Notes: generated from the letters alone by a model not told the origin. A stretch of DNA of 64,000 nt from Bythopirellula sp. (GCA_965216565.1 OZ244170.1:1056001-1120000); one strand, 5' to 3'; numbered from the stretch's first letter, positions 10,606 through 21,290 are shown. Numbers and translations are program-made.

Positions 10606-11751
10606 TCAATTCCGTTCAGGCAAAACCTCTTCACCTGCTCGCGTGCCCAACGCGAAATAGACGACCGGGTCCATGTTTTCGCTAAGAAAGATTGCTGACC
10701 CATCGGCAAAAGCGAACTGCGCTCCACCGGGATGCTGACTTCCTGCCGACTCAGGTGAATCGGAATTGATCCCCAGCGCCAGACACGTTTCGCCAAGGCC
10801 CGTGTTATGTCGATCGACGATATAAATCGTTTCGCCGACGTCGGTAAAAGTGCTAAACGCATTGGAGAGTCCGCCTCGAAACCAACCGTCCCAGCTACGG
10901 GTTGCCAAACCTCCGCAAAACCCACCGCTCGTATCGTCGCCCCAGTTGCGCTGCAGTTCCCCGAGTAGGATCGTAGAACTCAAGCCATCAGTAATCTGAC
11001 CGGTCCGTGCACCCCGTTTCGGCTGCATCACCCCGATGACAGAATTGTCGGGGCCCGCACATGCCCAGCCCTTGTACAATTCTTTGGTCGAGTTGTTAAA
11101 GCAATTTCCTGAGCCATAGCACGCTCCATAGTCGGTCCCGCCGACACTAACCCCCAATGAGCCAGCCCAGGGCTCTACGGGTTCGGCTCCAGGATTTTTC
11201 TGCAGCATCTGAGGGTTGTCGCCTACACTTTGCCGTCGTGAGGGGCAGTAAAGAAAGGGGATATCAACTACCCGATAATTCAGGACCTCAATATTGTGGG
11301 CCACACCATACTCGAAGTCCCATTGATCGTGCAAAGCAGATAGCTCGATCTGTGGCAGGATCTCCACGATCCAACTTTGTCCCTGATATCCATTCACATT
11401 GGCAACTTGGATCTCTTCCAAGTGCTTAGGGTTGTTTGCTGTTGAGGGAGGATTCCATTTGAGTCCACTGATGGCAAGCGAACCAGCCGGGAACTTTCCC
11501 TTCATCGCCACGCCAGGAGGAAACTCTTTTCTCGCACTCTCATAGTTCAAGCAACCGAGCGACAACTGCCGAATCTGGCTGAGGCATTGTGCACGCCGCG
11601 CCGCTCCCCGAGCCGACTGCACGGCAGGCAATAGAAGGCCAACCAACGTGCCGATGATGGCAATCACCACCAGCAATTCAACTAGCGTAAAGGCACAGTG
11701 GTGGTCGTGCTTGGGAGCAAGATCTTGGAGACACTTCCGGTTAGGTATCAT
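10606..11751 (-). CDS. DUF1559 protein with prepilin-type N-terminal cleavage/methylation domain
   Basis: AFTLVELLVVIAIIGTLVGLLLPAVQSAR, CPS, ITDGLSSTILLGE, H-X9-DG motif HPGGAQFAFADGS. Confidence 0.95.
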   Translation of the reverse strand: MIPNRKCLQDLAPKHDHHCAFTLVELLVVIAIIGTLVGLLLPAVQSARGAARRAQCLSQIRQLSLGCLNYESARKEFPPGVAMKGKFPAGSLAISGLKWNPPSTANNPKHLEEIQVANVNGYQGQSWIVEILPQIELSALHDQWDFEYGVAHNIEVLNYRVVDIPFLYCPSRRQSVGDNPQMLQKNPGAEPVEPWAGSLGVSVGGTDYGACYGSGNCFNNSTKELYKGWACAGPDNSVIGVMQPKRGARTGQITDGLSSTILLGELQRNWGDDTSGGFCGGLATRSWDGWFRGGLSNAFSTFTDVGETIYIVDRHNTGLGETCLALGINSDSPESAGSQHPGGAQFAFADGSAIFLSENMDPVVYFALGTRAGEEVLPERN

Positions 11752-12973
11752 TCAAATCCTCTGATACTCTATTCCTACCTGGCCTCCGCAGTGCGATGCC
11801 GCAAGTCGCTGCGGCCAACAACACAACTGTCGCAGGTTCAGGAACCGAGGACACCGCCGCCGCGAGCGACGTTTGCCCATAATTGTTCTCCCAATCCATG
11901 AGATCGCTGGCACTGAGATTGTCTACTTGCCACTTGAGGAAGTCGAGACCATCAACCACACCGCTGCCATCGAAATCGCCAGCCAAGCCAGTGACAGCCG
12001 CGGGGTCGAGAGTGACGAACGTACTATTGGGGTCGAGAAAACCAAACGTGCCTGAGACGGCCAGATTATCGATCTGCGCTTCGGCAAAGTCTGTGAGTGA
12101 GCCCGACCAACGGAACCGGAACGAGGCCGAGTCACCAGGAAACAACCGAACCGCTGTTGGTGTGGGGAACGATGCTGCGACACTGGCCGAGATATTGTGG
12201 ACGTTTACATTCGATTCGCTTGAAGGGAAGTCGATTACCGAATCATTAGGGTCGGCCGGATCGATGGTGATGGGATGGAAATCCGGAACTTCGGTCCCCG
12301 TGCTAGCCCGAATCAAGTTTGCATCGAACGCCCCATTCGGATCACCTGCCAGATAAATCAAATCAAGCTGCTTGGGTGCATTGGCATTTTGCGAGCGAGC
12401 ATCGAAATGGATTCTCTCCAGTCGGAAGATATAGTCGCTTTCGTTGGTAATCGAAAAATCGCCAAGTTCCTGGTTGCCATTGGCTCGGAACTTCCACGAG
12501 CTCCCGCTAGAACCTTGCATGTTAACGCGAGCACCAGCTGAACCATCTGCCAACGGGACATCTTCGATTTCGATTCCAAAAGGTGCCGATCCGACAGTTT
12601 TGCTGCCAAAGGTTGAGCCTTGCAGGAAGCTATTGTTCGTCGATTGGCCATAGCCGTCCCAACCGAGGATAGAAGAACCGGCGCCGATTCTGCCTGTTAG
12701 ATAGACTCCGCCACCGGGTACAGCGGCATGCGATCCCACAGGCGTGGGATCGAAAGTGGAGTTGCTATCCGGGGTGTTGTCTGAGATTCCCGTGTTGTTT
12801 GGCTGGACAGCATTGGGGTCGGCGTTGTCGAATGTTTGCCAACCGATAGCGTGTAGCACGGGGTTGCCTCCGTTGCTATTGGAATCGACAACCGCTGTCG
12901 CACTTTGGCCTAGCATAACTACGCCCAAGAACCCAATTGTTGGCAGTACCTTGGAAATCATGCGCGATGTCAT
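11741..12973 (-). CDS. PEP-CTERM secreted protein with dockerin-like motif; paralog of 13085-14071
   Basis: Signal peptide, GDFDGSGVVDGLDFLKWQ, VPEPATVVLL...RR; long blocks shared with the neighbouring gene. Confidence 0.85.
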   Translation of the reverse strand: MTSRMISKVLPTIGFLGVVMLGQSATAVVDSNSNGGNPVLHAIGWQTFDNADPNAVQPNNTGISDNTPDSNSTFDPTPVGSHAAVPGGGVYLTGRIGAGSSILGWDGYGQSTNNSFLQGSTFGSKTVGSAPFGIEIEDVPLADGSAGARVNMQGSSGSSWKFRANGNQELGDFSITNESDYIFRLERIHFDARSQNANAPKQLDLIYLAGDPNGAFDANLIRASTGTEVPDFHPITIDPADPNDSVIDFPSSESNVNVHNISASVAASFPTPTAVRLFPGDSASFRFRWSGSLTDFAEAQIDNLAVSGTFGFLDPNSTFVTLDPAAVTGLAGDFDGSGVVDGLDFLKWQVDNLSASDLMDWENNYGQTSLAAAVSSVPEPATVVLLAAATCGIALRRPGRNRVSEDLNDT

Positions 12974-13014
12974 CTCTCGTGTTCCTAGATGTCTATTATA
13001 CAAATACGCAATTT

Positions 13015-13045
13015 AAGCTGCGGGTCACCGAAGTGCCCGCAGCTT
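13015..13045 (-). terminator. Stable intergenic hairpin with cUUCGg tetraloop (terminator or mRNA-stabilising element)
   Basis: Minus strand AAGCTGCGGGCAC-TTCG-GTG(A)CCCGCAGCTT between the two PEP-CTERM genes; the U tract is weak. Confidence 0.6.
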
Positions 13046-13084
13046 GTTGCAGTTTTTCCAATTCAATTAGTTTCTTCGCAACTG

Positions 13085-14071
13085 TTAAGCCGTTTTGCGA
13101 CGACGCGTAGCCACCAGCATCGAGCCGAATGCCAATAAACCCAAGGCCGTAGGCTCTGGAACCGATGTGGGATTCAGTTCGATGAAGTTGTTCCCCCCAT
13201 TCAAAATGCCAAATGTACCGGAGATCGCCAAATTATCGATCTGCGACTGGGCAAACGCGCCTCCGGAGTTTGTCCACCGGAATCGGAACGAAGCCGAGTC
13301 GCCTGGGAACAAACGAACCGCGGTTGGCTGAGCAAACGAGCTGGCCACGCTGGCCGAAATATTCTGAACACTCGGTGCCGAGGCAAAGTTTGACGCATTA
13401 ATCACATGCAAATCGGGGACTTCCGTACCAGTGCTAGCGCGAATGAGGTTGCTACTTCCACTTGCAAGATAAATGACATCTAAGTCCTGTGGGGAATTTG
13501 CAGCGCCTCGTCTCGCGTCGTAATGGATTCTCTCTAAGCGGAAAATATAGTCGCTCTCGTTGGTGATGGAAAAGTCGCCGAACTCCTGATTGCCGTTTGT
13601 TTGGAACTTCCAGGAACTCCCATTCACACCATTTTGGTTTTGCTGGGTACCAGGTGTGGTTTCTGTGCCAGCGTCGGGCACATCCACAATGTTTATCCCA
13701 AAGGGTGCCGAGCCCACAGTGCTGCTACCGAAGGTTGGTCCCTGCAGAAAGTTGTTGGCCGTATTCTGGCCGAAGCCTGCTCGACCAAGCACCGAAGCAC
13801 CGGCGCCAATAATGCCGGTCAAATAATGACCACCATTATTAGATCCGAAAGGTGTGGAATCGAAGGTCGAATTGCTATCCGGTGTATTGTCGGAGATGCC
13901 CGAGTTGTTGTTCGCACCGGCATTATCAAAAGTCTGCCAACCAAGGGCGTGCAAGTTCGAATTTCCGCCATTGCTAGGGGCAATGACCGCTGCCCTAGCC
14001 ACGTCGGAAGTGACGAACAGTGCCAATAACACCACTCCCACTAAGCAAGTAAACGTCTTTGTTGGATTCAT
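13085..14071 (-). CDS. PEP-CTERM secreted protein
   Basis: Signal peptide (ARA-A), Asn/Gly/Ser-rich body, VPEPTALGLLAFGSMLVATRRRK. Confidence 0.88.
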   Translation of the reverse strand: MNPTKTFTCLVGVVLLALFVTSDVARAAVIAPSNGGNSNLHALGWQTFDNAGANNNSGISDNTPDSNSTFDSTPFGSNNGGHYLTGIIGAGASVLGRAGFGQNTANNFLQGPTFGSSTVGSAPFGINIVDVPDAGTETTPGTQQNQNGVNGSSWKFQTNGNQEFGDFSITNESDYIFRLERIHYDARRGAANSPQDLDVIYLASGSSNLIRASTGTEVPDLHVINASNFASAPSVQNISASVASSFAQPTAVRLFPGDSASFRFRWTNSGGAFAQSQIDNLAISGTFGILNGGNNFIELNPTSVPEPTALGLLAFGSMLVATRRRKTA

Positions 14072-14140
14072 TAGTCAACTCCCAATCGAATAGAAAAGAA
14101 AAGGTCTTATGTAAAAGGCTTCTTGCACAAGTGCTCACGA

Positions 14141-15820
14141 TCATAACTCGTGTGGTTGAGACGCAATGTCGTACTTTTTCATCAGTGCTTTGGAAAGCTT
14201 AGTAGCCTCGCTCTCGGTGAGGCCTGTGTCATAAATCATCAGTTCACCTAGGTCGCCGAGAAAATTGGTGTTCAGCAAAAACATGTGAGAACCAATATAA
14301 CGGGGCGTCTCGGTGGGCTCCAACTTCGGAGCCTTCGCCTTAGCTACAATTTCACCGTTGATGCTCAGTCTTGAGGTATCGGTCGTAGGATCATAAACGC
14401 TGATTGCCACAACGGGGCTGTCATCTATTATTTGTTTGCTCTTCATTCTACCAACGGACACATATTTTCGCTCACCTTCGTCATTGGTTAGATAGCCGGT
14501 GTAAATTCGACTGACTAGCTGCTTTTGATCGTTGATACGAAGCACTACGTGGGGAGGACCATTCAAGTTAACGATTTGACGTCCATTTTCATTGATGCCC
14601 CATTTGTCAACGAGCTCAGTATCCATTTGGAAAACCACGGCAACCGACTGGGCTACCCCGAGCTTCAATGGCTCGGTGACCAGAAACTTCCCGCGATCGA
14701 AGCGGATGGCTGGCCGCTCGCCGAGTGCCCGTTCCACTCGCAGAGGCCGTTTGGCTTTGTCTACTTGCCAGGCGTTTTCCGTCGCCTGATTCGATTTCGT
14801 GCGCAAGTCTCCCCAGGCAGAAATCCTGCCAGCTTCGTCCGTTTGGTAGCGACGTTCCGCCGAAAGCCACAGAGACAGCTTGCGGTCAACGATCGGGGGC
14901 GACGGTAACTCCTCTTCCTTGAATTCGATACGAGTAAAACGTTTGGGCACGGCAGCGATGCGGTTAGATTCCAATTGATCGCGGCTTACCCGCACCGCCA
15001 TGTCGTCCGTCAAATGCAATTCGTCGTTTCTGCTTTGAGTGGCATCTGATCGCACTACAACTTCGCCTTCGAAGACATGGGTTTCCGTGACCCCATCTTG
15101 ACCAACGAACAGCCCGAAACTCGTTCCCAGGTCAATGGCATCGCCGCTAGGAGTGCTGACGGTAAAACCATGCGCCGACTCTGGGATCTCGGCCGTCAAT
15201 TTGCCATGGGCAAGAATGCCCCGCATCGAAGACTTGACCGTAAAGGTAACAGGCGCTTCCAGAGTTACTTTTGCGCCACTCTTAAACTCAAGCTCCATCA
15301 AGCCGCGGGCCATTTTCAGAGTTTGGCCAGGGCCTAGCTGCGATGTAGAAACCACCGACCAGCGGTCCCCTTCCCAATCGCAATCAACTTTTCGGACGAT
15401 GCGAGCAACACTATTGTTCAAGAATTGCGATCCACGCTTAGCTTCGCCGGCAATCTCACCCTGCGATGGATCTGTCACGGTCGAGAGGTTGGTGCCCAAC
15501 GAAAACCAACTAAATAGTGCGACAGTCGCCAGTGAGGCTGCCAGGATTAAAAGCGGGACCTTCCAAGAGCTAGAAGCATTCGGAAGACTCACAGCCTTGG
15601 AAGCACCAGCCCTTTCGGCCCGCTCTTTCGATGGAGTTCCGATGCGCTGATCGTGCATCCATGCCAGAACTCCATGCAAGCTGGCATGTTGACAGAAGAT
15701 GTCTCGCGCTTCTTCGTTTTGCCCCATAAGTTCAAAGAATTGCTGGAGCTGCTGCTCCGAGGCGGTCTCCTCTAGGTAGCCCGCAATCAATTCATCGAAG
15801 TTTTCAGAAAGCTTGGTCAT
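14141..15820 (-). CDS. FecR-like anti-sigma factor with C-terminal LamG/concanavalin-like domain
   Basis: N-terminal anti-sigma helices, one TM, FecR core (GAKVTLEAP, GFTVSTP, DLGTSFG, HVFEGEV), C-terminal GDLGELMIYDTGL. Confidence 0.88.
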   Translation of the reverse strand: MTKLSENFDELIAGYLEETASEQQLQQFFELMGQNEEARDIFCQHASLHGVLAWMHDQRIGTPSKERAERAGASKAVSLPNASSSWKVPLLILAASLATVALFSWFSLGTNLSTVTDPSQGEIAGEAKRGSQFLNNSVARIVRKVDCDWEGDRWSVVSTSQLGPGQTLKMARGLMELEFKSGAKVTLEAPVTFTVKSSMRGILAHGKLTAEIPESAHGFTVSTPSGDAIDLGTSFGLFVGQDGVTETHVFEGEVVVRSDATQSRNDELHLTDDMAVRVSRDQLESNRIAAVPKRFTRIEFKEEELPSPPIVDRKLSLWLSAERRYQTDEAGRISAWGDLRTKSNQATENAWQVDKAKRPLRVERALGERPAIRFDRGKFLVTEPLKLGVAQSVAVVFQMDTELVDKWGINENGRQIVNLNGPPHVVLRINDQKQLVSRIYTGYLTNDEGERKYVSVGRMKSKQIIDDSPVVAISVYDPTTDTSRLSINGEIVAKAKAPKLEPTETPRYIGSHMFLLNTNFLGDLGELMIYDTGLTESEATKLSKALMKKYDIASQPHEL

Positions 15821-16350
15821 TCAGCTCTTCCTTCAGACTGAAGCTTAATTTCGATACAGTCCATCAATAGCCGACGTATGCGATGCAACGTCATACCCAA
15901 AGCGGCAGGAGTTTTACCCATCGACTTTGCCAGTTCTTTCACCGAAAGTTGTTTGCCATAACGATCGGAAAGCAGATCGCGATGGCTATCTGAAAGTTTC
16001 TCAATGCAAGTAGTAAGAAATCTCATTCGTTGATCTGTATTCTTAGTGGCCTGTTCTGCGGCTTCGGCAACCTGGCTGATTAAACGCTCATCAAACTGGT
16101 GCCGGTCTCGTCCACGGTCACGTCGGTACGCCAACACTTGGAAGTAAGCCACCTTGGTCGACCAAGCATCGAAGGAGACAATTTCTGGATACTCATCCAG
16201 TTTTTTCCACAAAACCAAATTGGTTTCCTGCAACACGTCCCTGGCTTCGTCGGGGTTGCGAAGCAGCGACATAACGTAAGCAAAAAGCCGAGGTTGGCTG
16301 TTTGTCAAATCGCTAACAAACTGTTCCGTCAGTGGTCCTTGATTATCCAT
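15817..16350 (-). CDS. ECF RNA polymerase sigma-70 factor (Rhodopirellula/Verrucomicrobium type)
   Basis: ARDVLQETNLVLWKK, FDAW, region 4 CIEKL...RY...LHRIRRLLMDCI; overlaps the anti-sigma start. Confidence 0.93.
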   Translation of the reverse strand: MDNQGPLTEQFVSDLTNSQPRLFAYVMSLLRNPDEARDVLQETNLVLWKKLDEYPEIVSFDAWSTKVAYFQVLAYRRDRGRDRHQFDERLISQVAEAAEQATKNTDQRMRFLTTCIEKLSDSHRDLLSDRYGKQLSVKELAKSMGKTPAALGMTLHRIRRLLMDCIEIKLQSEGRAE

Positions 16351-16411
16351 GTATCCTCAGACCGTTGAGATCGATTTTCCCCGGGAAATGATACCGAATG
16401 TCCTATCATAG

Positions 16412-16532
16412 GTACCAATAGGGGCTCACAGATAACGCCCGGACTCTCAAGTTGTCAATTTTTTCTGATTATTTTGAGGGCTATCAAAGATATTCGCCAG
16501 AACTTTGTTATTCTCGGGCAAAACTGCGGTAC
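16412..16532. promoter_or_regulatory. Divergent pair of candidate ECF promoters GTTAT-N15/16-GGTAC
   Basis: Minus strand 16436-16412 GTTAT-N15-GGTAC facing the sigma gene; plus strand 16507-16532 GTTAT-N16-GGTAC facing the sulfatases. Confidence 0.45.
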
Positions 16533-16627
16533 ATGACGGAGAAGCAATCTACACCTACACTGCCGCCAGATTCTGATATTTGGCCTGGATTAGTCGAATC
16601 ACTGGAACTCACGAACGTCAATTCTCG

Positions 16628-18181
16628 ATGCATAAATTTCTGTTGTTCATCTTCTTGTGCCTCGGGCTATTTCAACAGAACTTTGCAGGTGCTGCCGATA
16701 GAGCAAAGAGTCCAAATGTACTCTTTATTGCAGTTGACGATCTTAAGCCAGAGCTTGGCTGCTATGGTGCGACACACATTCATTCGCCTCATATCGACAG
16801 ACTAGCGGCGAGGGGCACCGTATTCATGAACGCCCACTGCCAGCAAGCGGTATGCAGTCCTTCCAGAACAAGCTTGCTAACAGGATTGCGACCCGATACC
16901 ACGCAGGTTTGGGATTTGAAGACCAAGTTTCGAGACAAGCTGCCCAATGTGGTCACCATCCCCGAGTATTTTCGCAAGAACGGCTACGAGACCGTCGGAT
17001 TGGGAAAAGTGTTCGACCCACGGAGTGTGGACGGACAAGGCAAGATGGATGCACGCTCGTGGAGTCGTCCTTATCTGCACCCCTGGGCACCTGCAGATTC
17101 TACCTTCGGATATCGTGATCCAGCGCAGGTGAAACGAATCCGCCAAGGCCGACCTAGGGCAAGAGCCGCCGGCATCACTGGGCGCAAGAATGTAATGAAA
17201 TATCTCAAGGTGCGTCTAACCACCGACCTGGCCGATGTCCCGGACGAAGCGTATTCCGATGGCACCCATGCCGCTAAGGCAGTGGAATTAATTGGCGAAT
17301 TGTCTCGAGACGACAAGCCGTTTTTCTTGGCCGTTGGATTCAAAAAGCCGCATCTTCCTTTCTGTGCACCAAAAAAGTATTGGGATCTGTACAATCGCAA
17401 GGAGATCCAGACATCAGCTAATCAAGAGATGCCCACTGGTGCGCCGTCCTACCATTTTCAGGATTCTTGGGAATTGCAGAACTACGATGGCTTCCGCAAA
17501 TCCTCGCCTCTGTCGGAAGCGGATCAACTGCGTATGATTCACGGCTACTATGCCTGCGTGTCATATATAGATGCTCAAGTCGGTAAGTTATTTGCGGCGT
17601 TGGAACAGGCTGGCATCGCTCAAGACACAATTATCGTTTTATGGGGAGACCATGGCTGGCATCTGGGCGACCATGGGATGTGGTGCAAGCACACCAATTA
17701 CGAACAGGCGACTCGTTCGCCATTAATTATCTCTGCGCCTGGTCAATTTCGACCGGGTGGCAAAAGCTCCGCACCGGCCGAATTGCTCGACGTATTTCCG
17801 ACACTCTGCGATTTGGCAGGCTTGCCCCTACTTACAAACTTGCACGGAACGAGCCTGGAACCGGTGCTGGAAAACCCCGACGAAGAGGTCAAAGAGGTTG
17901 CCATCTCTCAATACCCTCGATATCCGAATAAAAATGCAACCATGGGATACGCATTTCGAACGAAGCGTTTCCGCTACATTGAGTGGGTTCAAAAAAAGTT
18001 CAAACAAGGAGCCGCCACCGGGCCAGTCGTCGCTCGTGAACTTTACGATTATGAGACTGACCCGCTAGAAACGCACAATCTGATTAACGAACCTCAGTAC
18101 AAGGAAGAACAAACCAGATTGCAGGCACTTGCCGAAAGATTCCGTTCCGATACCACAACCCCTGTTGAAAAGCTGAACTAG
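16628..18181 (+). CDS. Sulfatase (iduronate-2-sulfatase/choline-sulfatase-like)
   Basis: Signal peptide, PNVLFIAVDDLKP, CSPSRTSLLTG, GFKKPHLPF, WGDHGWHLG. Confidence 0.93.
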   Translation: MHKFLLFIFLCLGLFQQNFAGAADRAKSPNVLFIAVDDLKPELGCYGATHIHSPHIDRLAARGTVFMNAHCQQAVCSPSRTSLLTGLRPDTTQVWDLKTKFRDKLPNVVTIPEYFRKNGYETVGLGKVFDPRSVDGQGKMDARSWSRPYLHPWAPADSTFGYRDPAQVKRIRQGRPRARAAGITGRKNVMKYLKVRLTTDLADVPDEAYSDGTHAAKAVELIGELSRDDKPFFLAVGFKKPHLPFCAPKKYWDLYNRKEIQTSANQEMPTGAPSYHFQDSWELQNYDGFRKSSPLSEADQLRMIHGYYACVSYIDAQVGKLFAALEQAGIAQDTIIVLWGDHGWHLGDHGMWCKHTNYEQATRSPLIISAPGQFRPGGKSSAPAELLDVFPTLCDLAGLPLLTNLHGTSLEPVLENPDEEVKEVAISQYPRYPNKNATMGYAFRTKRFRYIEWVQKKFKQGAATGPVVARELYDYETDPLETHNLINEPQYKEEQTRLQALAERFRSDTTTPVEKLN

Positions 18182-19765
18182 ATGCATTTTTCTCCAAACG
18201 AAATAGTGGCTGTTTTACTAGCCTCAATCTCGGTATTTCAATCGGGGGTTTTAACCAGAGCTGCAGAGGCTGAGCACCAAGCTTCGCCAAAGCAGCCCAA
18301 CATCCTTCTCATATTCACCGACGATCACGCCTATCAGGCCATCAGTGCCTATGGCTCGCGCATCAACCAGACACCCAACATCGATCGCCTTGCCGAGCAG
18401 GGAATGCGATTCGACCGCTGCTATGTGACAAATTCCATCTGTGGACCCTGTCGGGCAACAATTCTCACAGGGAAGTACAGCCATCAGAATGGCTTCTACG
18501 TGAATGGAAACATGAAATTCGATGGCTCCCAGCAAACATTTCCAAAACTGTTGCAACAAGCCGGCTACGAGACTGCCATCATCGGAAAATGGCACTTGGG
18601 TTCCGACCCCACAGGCTTTGACCATTGGGACGTCTTGATTGGACAAGGGCCATACTACAATCCTCCCATGATCCGCAACGGTGAGAAGCTCGAGCGTACC
18701 GGCTACACGACGAAGATTATTACCGACCTGACCATGGATTGGCTTGCAAAAGGTCGCGACAGCGAGAAACCCTTCCTACTCATGTACCAACATAAGGCCC
18801 CCCATCGACCTTGGGATCCCGGGCCAGAGCAAATGCACCTATACGACAAGGTCGACATCCCCGAGCCACCCACATTGTTCGAAGACTATTCAATCCGTGG
18901 CCTTGCTGCCCGTCAACAGGATATGACGATCGCCGAGACGATGAGCGATCGCGACCTAAAACTAACGCCACCGGGAAACCTTACTCCCAAGCAACAAGCC
19001 GAATGGGACGCCACCTACGGCCCCAAAAATCAAGCCTTTCGCGAGGCAAATCTCACTGGCGATGATCTGACCCGCTGGCGGTACCAGCGTTACGTGAAAG
19101 ACTACCTACGTTGTGTTGCTGCGGTCGACGATCAGATTGGCCGTGTGCTTGATTACCTGGATGAATCGGGGCTCGCCGAGAACACGATGGTTATTTACTG
19201 TTCCGACCAAGGATTCTATCTGGGAGAGCATGGCTGGTTCGACAAGCGCTGGATGTACGAAGAGTCGCTGCGCACACCTTGCCTCGTTCGTTGGCCGGGA
19301 GTCATCGAGCCGGGGACCTACAACGAGGATATCGTCTCGCCACTCGATTTCGCTTCGACCTTCCTGGAAGCAGCTGGTGCCAAGGTGCCAGATGACCTGC
19401 ATGGTCGATCCCTCACTCCCCTGATGCGAGGGGTGACTCCCGAGGGTTGGCGCACCAGTTTTTATTATCACTATTACGAGTATCCCGGCTGGCACTATGT
19501 ACGCCGCCATTACGGAGTGACGGACGGACGGTTCAAGCTGATGCATTTCTACGAGGACGATGTCGACGAGTGGGAGCTCTACGACCTGCATAACGACAGG
19601 GCCGAATTGAACAATGTGATTGACGTTGGGGCCTACAAGAATACGCGCCATCGGTTGAGCAAAGAATTGCAACGCCTAAGGGAAGAATTGCAGGTCCCCG
19701 AGCAGGATCCCGAATCCACCAGAATCAAGCATTTACCTCCCCGCGTCCGCCGACCGCAACCGTAA
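18182..19765 (+). CDS. Sulfatase (N-acetylglucosamine-6-sulfatase-like)
   Basis: [55 protein letters not shown]. Confidence 0.93.
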   Translation: MHFSPNEIVAVLLASISVFQSGVLTRAAEAEHQASPKQPNILLIFTDDHAYQAISAYGSRINQTPNIDRLAEQGMRFDRCYVTNSICGPCRATILTGKYSHQNGFYVNGNMKFDGSQQTFPKLLQQAGYETAIIGKWHLGSDPTGFDHWDVLIGQGPYYNPPMIRNGEKLERTGYTTKIITDLTMDWLAKGRDSEKPFLLMYQHKAPHRPWDPGPEQMHLYDKVDIPEPPTLFEDYSIRGLAARQQDMTIAETMSDRDLKLTPPGNLTPKQQAEWDATYGPKNQAFREANLTGDDLTRWRYQRYVKDYLRCVAAVDDQIGRVLDYLDESGLAENTMVIYCSDQGFYLGEHGWFDKRWMYEESLRTPCLVRWPGVIEPGTYNEDIVSPLDFASTFLEAAGAKVPDDLHGRSLTPLMRGVTPEGWRTSFYYHYYEYPGWHYVRRHYGVTDGRFKLMHFYEDDVDEWELYDLHNDRAELNNVIDVGAYKNTRHRLSKELQRLREELQVPEQDPESTRIKHLPPRVRRPQP

Positions 19766-19856
19766 ACCTCGTTCTTGCCAGTGCAGAATTTCTGGTTGCA
19801 CTCGGAATAGAATGCTGCTGAAACAGTTGTTCGTTCCTAGATAAGAAGGCTGATCC

Positions 19857-21290
19857 GTGACATATACAAGTTCTAAGTGGGGTTTGGCCGCATTGCTAGT
19901 GAACCTCAGTTTCTTAATAGCTCCTTCCTCAGGGGAACAACCCAACCTACTCGTGATCCTTGCCGATGACTGCACCTATCGCGACATCGGTTGCTATGGC
20001 GGTCAAGCCGCTACTCCCAACATCGACCAGTTGGCCGATGAGGGGATGAAGTTTGAGCGATGTTTTCAAGCGGCGCCCATGTGCTCGCCCACTAGACACA
20101 ATCTCTATACAGGTCTGTATCCTGTAAAAAGTGGAGCGTATCCAAATCACACCATGGTCTACCCCGATGTGAAGACCGTTGCCCACTATCTCAAGCCACT
20201 TGGGTATCGGGTCGTACAAACAGGAAAGTTGCATGTGAATCCAAGGGAGAATTTCCCTTGGGAACGCATCGGCAAAGGCTGGAGTGATCCCACCAGGCAA
20301 GAGCTAGAACAGTTTTTTGTCCAGGAGGCCAACAGCACGCAACCATTTTGCTTGTTCGTCTGCTTCAATAGCCCCCATGGCCCCTGGAACAAGGGCGACG
20401 CTTCGGCGTATCCGCCCGCAGGGATTCGTCTTCCTCCCTATATAGTTGATACGCCTGAGGTACGCGAGAACTTCGCTCGGTATCTTGCCGAAGTCACTTA
20501 CTTCGATCATCAGGTGGGAGATATTCTTGAATCGCTTGATCGCAATGGCCTCGACGAGTCTACCGTCGTTGTGGTTCTTTCTGAACAAGGCAATTCGTTT
20601 CCGTTTGCCAAGTGGACGTGCTACGACCATGGTTTGCAGTCGGCCATGATCGTGCGCTGGCCCGAGCAAGTAGAATCTGGAACCCGATCGGACGCGATGG
20701 TCGAATACGTCGACATTACCCCTACCTTGATCGACTTAGCTGGGGGGGAACCCATCGTAGGACTAGACGGTAAGAGTTTCGCACCGGTGCTACGTCAAGA
20801 AAGCGATCACCATAAAGACCACGTCTTTGGGATCATGACCACACGCGGTATCAACAATGGATCTGAGGCTTATGCGATTCGCTCGATACGGAGTGAACGC
20901 TACAAGCTAATCTTGAATCTTAACCACGAGTCGAAGTTCAAGAGCGTTACTATGCAAGCCGATTTCTATCGATCGATGATCCAAAAAGCGAATTCCGGTG
21001 ATCAGAATGCAAAACGACTTGTGGATGCCTACGCGCGTAGACCTCCTATCGAGTTTTACGATATGCAATCGGATCAACTGGAATCTGAGAACCTGGCCAA
21101 CGTCCCAGCCCACGCTCAGAGGATTGCTGACCTTAAGGCGCAGTTGGAAGCCTGGATGGCCAGTCAAGGCGATCTAGGTTTGCCAATTGAGAGATCCGCC
21201 GAGTTGCGTCAGCCAAAGCACACGCCTAAGAATCGGCGGTATAGCAAATCCGAAATCGAGCAATGGATCACCCGTAGTAGAGACAACTAG
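19857..21290 (+). CDS. Sulfatase (N-sulfoglucosamine sulfohydrolase-like)
   Basis: PNLLVILADD, CSPTRHNLYTG, GKLHV, SEQG..FPFAKWTCYD. Confidence 0.9.
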   Translation: MTYTSSKWGLAALLVNLSFLIAPSSGEQPNLLVILADDCTYRDIGCYGGQAATPNIDQLADEGMKFERCFQAAPMCSPTRHNLYTGLYPVKSGAYPNHTMVYPDVKTVAHYLKPLGYRVVQTGKLHVNPRENFPWERIGKGWSDPTRQELEQFFVQEANSTQPFCLFVCFNSPHGPWNKGDASAYPPAGIRLPPYIVDTPEVRENFARYLAEVTYFDHQVGDILESLDRNGLDESTVVVVLSEQGNSFPFAKWTCYDHGLQSAMIVRWPEQVESGTRSDAMVEYVDITPTLIDLAGGEPIVGLDGKSFAPVLRQESDHHKDHVFGIMTTRGINNGSEAYAIRSIRSERYKLILNLNHESKFKSVTMQADFYRSMIQKANSGDQNAKRLVDAYARRPPIEFYDMQSDQLESENLANVPAHAQRIADLKAQLEAWMASQGDLGLPIERSAELRQPKHTPKNRRYSKSEIEQWITRSRDN

